A stretch of 64,000 nucleotides of DNA from an uncultured Methanomassiliicoccales archaeon (GTDB lineage: Archaea; Thermoplasmatota; Thermoplasmata; Methanomassiliicoccales; UBA472): NCBI GenBank assembly GCA_942492955.1, contig OW818644.1, positions 706,327-770,326 on the forward strand. The letters are read 5' to 3'. The notes under the pieces are model-generated. The model was not told the DNA's origin and made no database searches. It was given only the letters and a program-made list of their open reading frames with translations. Positions 60,090 through 64,000 of this stretch are shown one piece after another (the first letter of the stretch is position 1; each line of letters opens with the position of its first letter). The position numbers and the translations under genes were made by a program.

Positions 60090-60225
60090 TCACCCCTGGA
60101 ATTCAGTTCAACTTCATAAAATGTGGCGAAAAAGGGAATCGGGGCGCCGGGGGCGGCATCGTGGGAAAAGGAGGCAAAGGGGAAACTCCACGATACGCGC
60201 TTGGCCGCGCCCATTATGAGTTTAC

Positions 60226-61164
60226 TTAAGCAGGAAACAGCTCCGGGTGGAACCAGGAGGCGAACGTCTCGACGGCAAGGACGATCCTCGGTGAAGCAGT
60301 CAGCCATGCCCCATCGACACGCATGATCTTGTCGTTGATCACTGCACTTATCGTTCCATATCCAGTGGTGTTCTTGACCTGATCGTTGGTCTTAGTGTTC
60401 TGAGTCTCCAAAACGATGAAATCCGGGTTGCTCCAGGTGACATTTTCCGGGGTTATCTTGGTATACCGCGTGTTGGTGTTTGTATTTATGTTGAATCCTC
60501 CGGCGAGACCGATAACATCGTCGGTCATAGTTCCGGGACCGGGGGACTTCCCACCGGAACTGAGCAGTTCCATGTAGACATTGGGCCTGTTGGTGACATT
60601 ATCAATCTTCTGCTGCACCGCGCTCACCCGGGTCTGCATATCGGTAACCACCAAGCTTGCCTCACTGGACTTGCCGGTCACGTTGCCAAGAGTCAGAATC
60701 ATCTTCTCCACGTCGGCCACCGATTGGGGGTCGAACGCGACAATGGTCAAGTTCATTTCAGTCAATGCATTGAGTGTATTCGTGTACGATTTCCACATGA
60801 CAACGAGGTCAGGCTGGAGAATTATCACGTTCTCTTTGTTCAAGGTGTACCCGCTCCCGATGTTGGTCTTGTTGCTGACCGCCGCCGGATACTTGCTGGT
60901 GCTGTCCACTCCGGCGATCTGGTCCTGCGCGCCTATCGCGTACAGGCATTCAGTGAATGCCGTCCCGAGTGACAGGATGCGCTGCGGGTACTTTGTCACG
61001 GTCACATTGACCCCGCGGTCGTCGATGACGCTGATCGTTGTCGATTGATCGGCACCGGCCGTGTCGTTGTTGTTCTTCGCGGTCAGTACGATGACCGCTG
61101 CCAGTCCCCCGACCAGCAGGATCGCGATAACGGTCAATGCCATCAATTTTCGTGAAACAGCCAT
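60226..61164 (-). CDS. Periplasmic-binding-protein type 2 (BtuF/FhuD-like) substrate-binding protein, membrane-anchored
   Basis: I prefer the ATG at 61164 (MAVSRKLMALTVIAILLVGG..., SD AGGGGA) to 61233. Same strand as the cognate permease and ATPase. Confidence 0.75.
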   Translation of the reverse strand: MAVSRKLMALTVIAILLVGGLAAVIVLTAKNNNDTAGADQSTTISVIDDRGVNVTVTKYPQRILSLGTAFTECLYAIGAQDQIAGVDSTSKYPAAVSNKTNIGSGYTLNKENVIILQPDLVVMWKSYTNTLNALTEMNLTIVAFDPQSVADVEKMILTLGNVTGKSSEASLVVTDMQTRVSAVQQKIDNVTNRPNVYMELLSSGGKSPGPGTMTDDVIGLAGGFNINTNTNTRYTKITPENVTWSNPDFIVLETQNTKTNDQVKNTTGYGTISAVINDKIMRVDGAWLTASPRIVLAVETFASWFHPELFPA

Positions 61165-61303
61165 TTTGAATCCCCTATTGCTCGTCAAGACGGCCGATGA
61201 AGCCCCTAAATATAAATGGTTTGTCCTTTTCATAGGGATTACATTAGGGGGACGTTAACAATAATTTAACTCACTGGCCAAGCAGACAAGGAGACGGAAA
61301 TCT

Positions 61304-62770
61304 TTATCATAGTTTATCCCCTATTACCGTACAGATGGATGAGTGGGCAGCGAGTTGGCTCAGGGAGCAAAGACAGAAGGGCGCCAAGGGGCTGGAGATC
61401 AAGAGGATCGGTTCCTCATACTACGTTTACCGGTCCACCACCGTCTGGGACAAGGAAGAGAAGAAGAGGAAGAAGAGGTCCAAGTACCTAGGCCGCCTGG
61501 ACGAGAAGAACGGCCTGCAGGAGAAGGAGAGTATGCTGGTCCCTGCCACCGAGAGGGTGGTGAAACAGTATGGCAACGCGGTCCTGCTCAACCGGGCAAT
61601 GGCCGACATCTCGAACATCCTGAAGAGCTCATTTCCCGAGGACTGGCAAGAGCTGTACGCTTTGGCGATGCTGAGAGTGCTGGGCGATGTGCCATTACGC
61701 AGGGCGCAGTGCTCCTGGGACAAGCTGTACAACATCTCCGGGATCAAGCCCGACCTTGCACCGAACCATCTCGGCGAGATGCTTCGCCGCGTTGGCATGG
61801 ACAAGAAGGCCCAGGCCAAGGCCTTCAACGGCATGTGCGTTGCCGGGGAGGAGGTGGTCTACGGCATGTCCGCCTACTTCACCAGGTCGGAACAGACCGA
61901 CCTCGTGGGACGCGGTATGGACGAGTCAGGCCTCATGCAAAGGATCAACCTGGCCATGATATTCTCGAAGAACACCGGCGCCCCCACCATGGTGCGGACC
62001 CTGGCCAATCCGGTCGGAGAGCTCGGACCGATGCGCAAGCTTCTGGATGAGATCGGCGGAGAGGGCATGACCCTGGTCCTGGAGAGGGACTCATTCTCCG
62101 AGGATGTGATCTCCTTGCTGTTGCAGAGGAAGGCGTCGTTCGTCCTGCCAGTGAACCGGGACAGCGACCTGTATGACATGGACATCCCGCTGACCAGGCA
62201 TTTCTTCCACGACAAGCACCTGATCAAGTGCGGGAAGAGGCGGCACAGGAACATGTGGCTCTACCTGTATCAGGATGCGCAGCTCAAGATGGAGGAGGAG
62301 ATGACGCTATACCGGATGCTGGACGAGAACCGGCTTGCGGAGCAGAGCGTAATGGACCGGAGCCACATCGCCGGCTGCGTCATGCTCGCTTCGGACAAGG
62401 ACATCGGCGAGGAGGACATCTACCGTCTTTATCGCAGAAGGGACGCCATGGACCGGCTGTTCGCCGACTACCGAAAGACGATGGGCCATGACAAGGAGTT
62501 CCTGGTCGACCGGGAGACCATGGACGGTCACATGTTCGTCGCGTTCCTTTCGATCAGGGCATATACCGGGATCGAGGCCATGCTCTCCGAGGGTTCTATG
62601 TCCGGGGTGACGCCGCAGGAAGCGCTCGACGAACTCTCACGAACGTACTGGATCCAGTACGAGGGAGGGGGACAGCTGGCGGACGTTCCGCGGAGCGCCA
62701 AGGACCTGGGGAAGAGTTTGGGCTTCGAGGTCTTTTCCAAATAGTCATCGGATGTATGAAACTAGATAAC
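61304..62770 (+). mobile_element. IS element (IS4/IS1634-like) with tentative imperfect terminal inverted repeats
   Basis: TTATCATAGTTTAT (61304..61317) versus the reverse complement of 62757..62770 (TTATC-TAGTTTCAT). The two flank the transposase ORF symmetrically. The match is weak (12/14 with one indel) and I saw no direct repeats. Confidence 0.4.
61335..62744 (+). CDS. DDE-type transposase, IS4/IS1634-like
   Basis: 469 aa. The N-terminal IKRIGSSYYVYRSTTVWDKEEKKRKKRSKYLGRL resembles archaeal IS1634-type transposases as I remember them. The family assignment is uncertain. Confidence 0.6.
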   Translation: MDEWAASWLREQRQKGAKGLEIKRIGSSYYVYRSTTVWDKEEKKRKKRSKYLGRLDEKNGLQEKESMLVPATERVVKQYGNAVLLNRAMADISNILKSSFPEDWQELYALAMLRVLGDVPLRRAQCSWDKLYNISGIKPDLAPNHLGEMLRRVGMDKKAQAKAFNGMCVAGEEVVYGMSAYFTRSEQTDLVGRGMDESGLMQRINLAMIFSKNTGAPTMVRTLANPVGELGPMRKLLDEIGGEGMTLVLERDSFSEDVISLLLQRKASFVLPVNRDSDLYDMDIPLTRHFFHDKHLIKCGKRRHRNMWLYLYQDAQLKMEEEMTLYRMLDENRLAEQSVMDRSHIAGCVMLASDKDIGEEDIYRLYRRRDAMDRLFADYRKTMGHDKEFLVDRETMDGHMFVAFLSIRAYTGIEAMLSEGSMSGVTPQEALDELSRTYWIQYEGGGQLADVPRSAKDLGKSLGFEVFSK

Positions 62771-62805
62771 TAGGCAGGACAATCGTGCCCAGCTGGAGAT
62801 TGAAA

Positions 62806-64000
62806 TGAACGTGCTAGTGCTCGACCTGACCCACGGAGGGGACGTTCTCGCTCTCACTTATCGCTCGCGGGGCGAGGAAGTGACAGCCGTCGATGTCTAT
62901 GGGACCGCGCAGCAGTACATGGTCGACCACCTGCGGAACGAAGGAATTGCGGTGGTCCGGACCACTCCGTCGAAGAAATATGACCTGGCGGTAGTTCCGA
63001 TCCACTGCCCCGACCACTATCTGGGACGGGCCAAGTATGAGCATAAGATAACATTCCACCGGGCAGTTGGCGAGCTGGCTCATTTCAACTTTCCCACCAT
63101 CGAGGTCACCGGGACGAAGGCCAAGACGACGGCATGCCACGCCATCTCCCACATCCTCAAGAAGAAGGGCGAGAAGGTGTTGCTCCTGACCTCGCAGGGA
63201 CTGTTCTCCGTCGGGGAGACCGTCCAACTCTTAGAACAGGACGTCATGATCTCTCCGGCAACGATACTGCGTCTGTCGTTCATGGAAGGGGAGTGGACCC
63301 GGGGTGTTTTCGAATGCAACCTGGGAGGGACCGGGCTTGCTGACATCGGGGTCGTGACCACGGCTTCCGGGGACAATTATCCGATCGCCGCCGGCACCCG
63401 CCGGGCGGTCGATGGCATCATTCAAATGGTGAAGGCGACCAAGGGTACGCTGGTGCTCAGACATCCCGAGATCAATATGTGGAAGGTGTTCATCCCGAAG
63501 AGCACCCAAGTGGTCGAGTTCGGGGAGTTCGGCGACATAAACGTATCCTTTGAAAAGGGCATGAAATTCGGCAATAAGCCCAAGTGCTGGCTCAATGTGA
63601 AGAAAGGCGATTTCCCGTTCACGATGCCGGCCACTTTTCTGGCCCCGTCATATTCCACGGCGGTCTCCGCGGCGGCAGGAGTGGCTTCAGCGATCGGCCT
63701 CTCCCCCAAGAAGATAACGGAAATGCTGACGGATTTCGAGGGAATCCCCGGCCGGGGCGAGCTTTCCCGCGTGGGCGAGGCATGGCTGGTCCGTGACCGT
63801 AACCCCTCGGTGACACCGATCTCTATCGACTGGAACATCCGTGTTATCGAAGAGCACTACGCCAACAAGGACCTGGGGGTCATGATCGAGGAGGCCATTC
63901 CCAAAGCAAAGGCGCCACTCGACCTGGAGGCCATCAACAAGAATCTGTCCTCACATAGCACGGTCAAGGGCAGATACCTGCTGGAGACTCGGTCAAGATC
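62806..64000 (+). CDS. cfbE: Mur-ligase-family protein, likely coenzyme F430 synthetase (CfbE); 3' end beyond the window
   Basis: Absent from the ORF track because it is open at 64000. My translation from ATG 62806 is MNVLVLDLTHGGDVLALTYRSRGEEVTAVDVYG...IEVTGTKAKTTACHAISHIL (Mur-ligase P-loop variant)...FEGIPGRGEL, with no stop to the window end. Confidence 0.6.

Overview
This 64-kb window looks like chromosomal DNA from a moderately GC-rich methanogenic archaeon. The lineage call is inferred from gene content only. Supporting genes are an MtaA/MtbA-type methylcobamide:CoM methyltransferase, a CfbE-like Mur-ligase (coenzyme F430 synthetase), an iron-sulfur flavoprotein, TATA-like AT-rich promoters and a dnaK-dnaJ pair. 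Together these suggest something Methanomassiliicoccales-like.

I can support about 57 protein genes, two of them open at the window edges and absent from the ORF track. I found no rRNA, tRNA or CRISPR array by eye.

Core blocks:
- A complete, translationally coupled trpEGDCFBA operon.
- dnaK-dnaJ and acs.
- A nucleotide-sugar dehydrogenase/epimerase pair.
- hemL-hemC-hemD.
- An ECF-type Ni/Co transporter preceded by twin 7-N13-7 palindromes.
- A Zn/Mn-type ABC transporter and a Fe-siderophore/corrinoid-type ABC transporter.

Between these blocks lie visibly A/T-richer accessory islets:
- Two paralogous effector-less STAND (AAA_16+TPR) ATPases.
- A long KamA-family radical-SAM aminomutase bracketed by two PRC-barrel paralogs.
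- A 739-aa surface protein with a roughly 300-residue array of 28-aa heptad-phased repeats.
- A CoA-transferase::Pat-type-GNAT fusion near acs.
- Several orphan proteins, and small charged proteins including a 23-aa SD-preceded ORF.

There are two insertion sequences: an IS110-family element between acs and copB, and an IS4/IS1634-like element directly upstream of the cfbE-like gene.

All domain and family calls come from motif recognition by eye, not from database searches. Many start codons are ambiguous, and alternatives are noted per feature.
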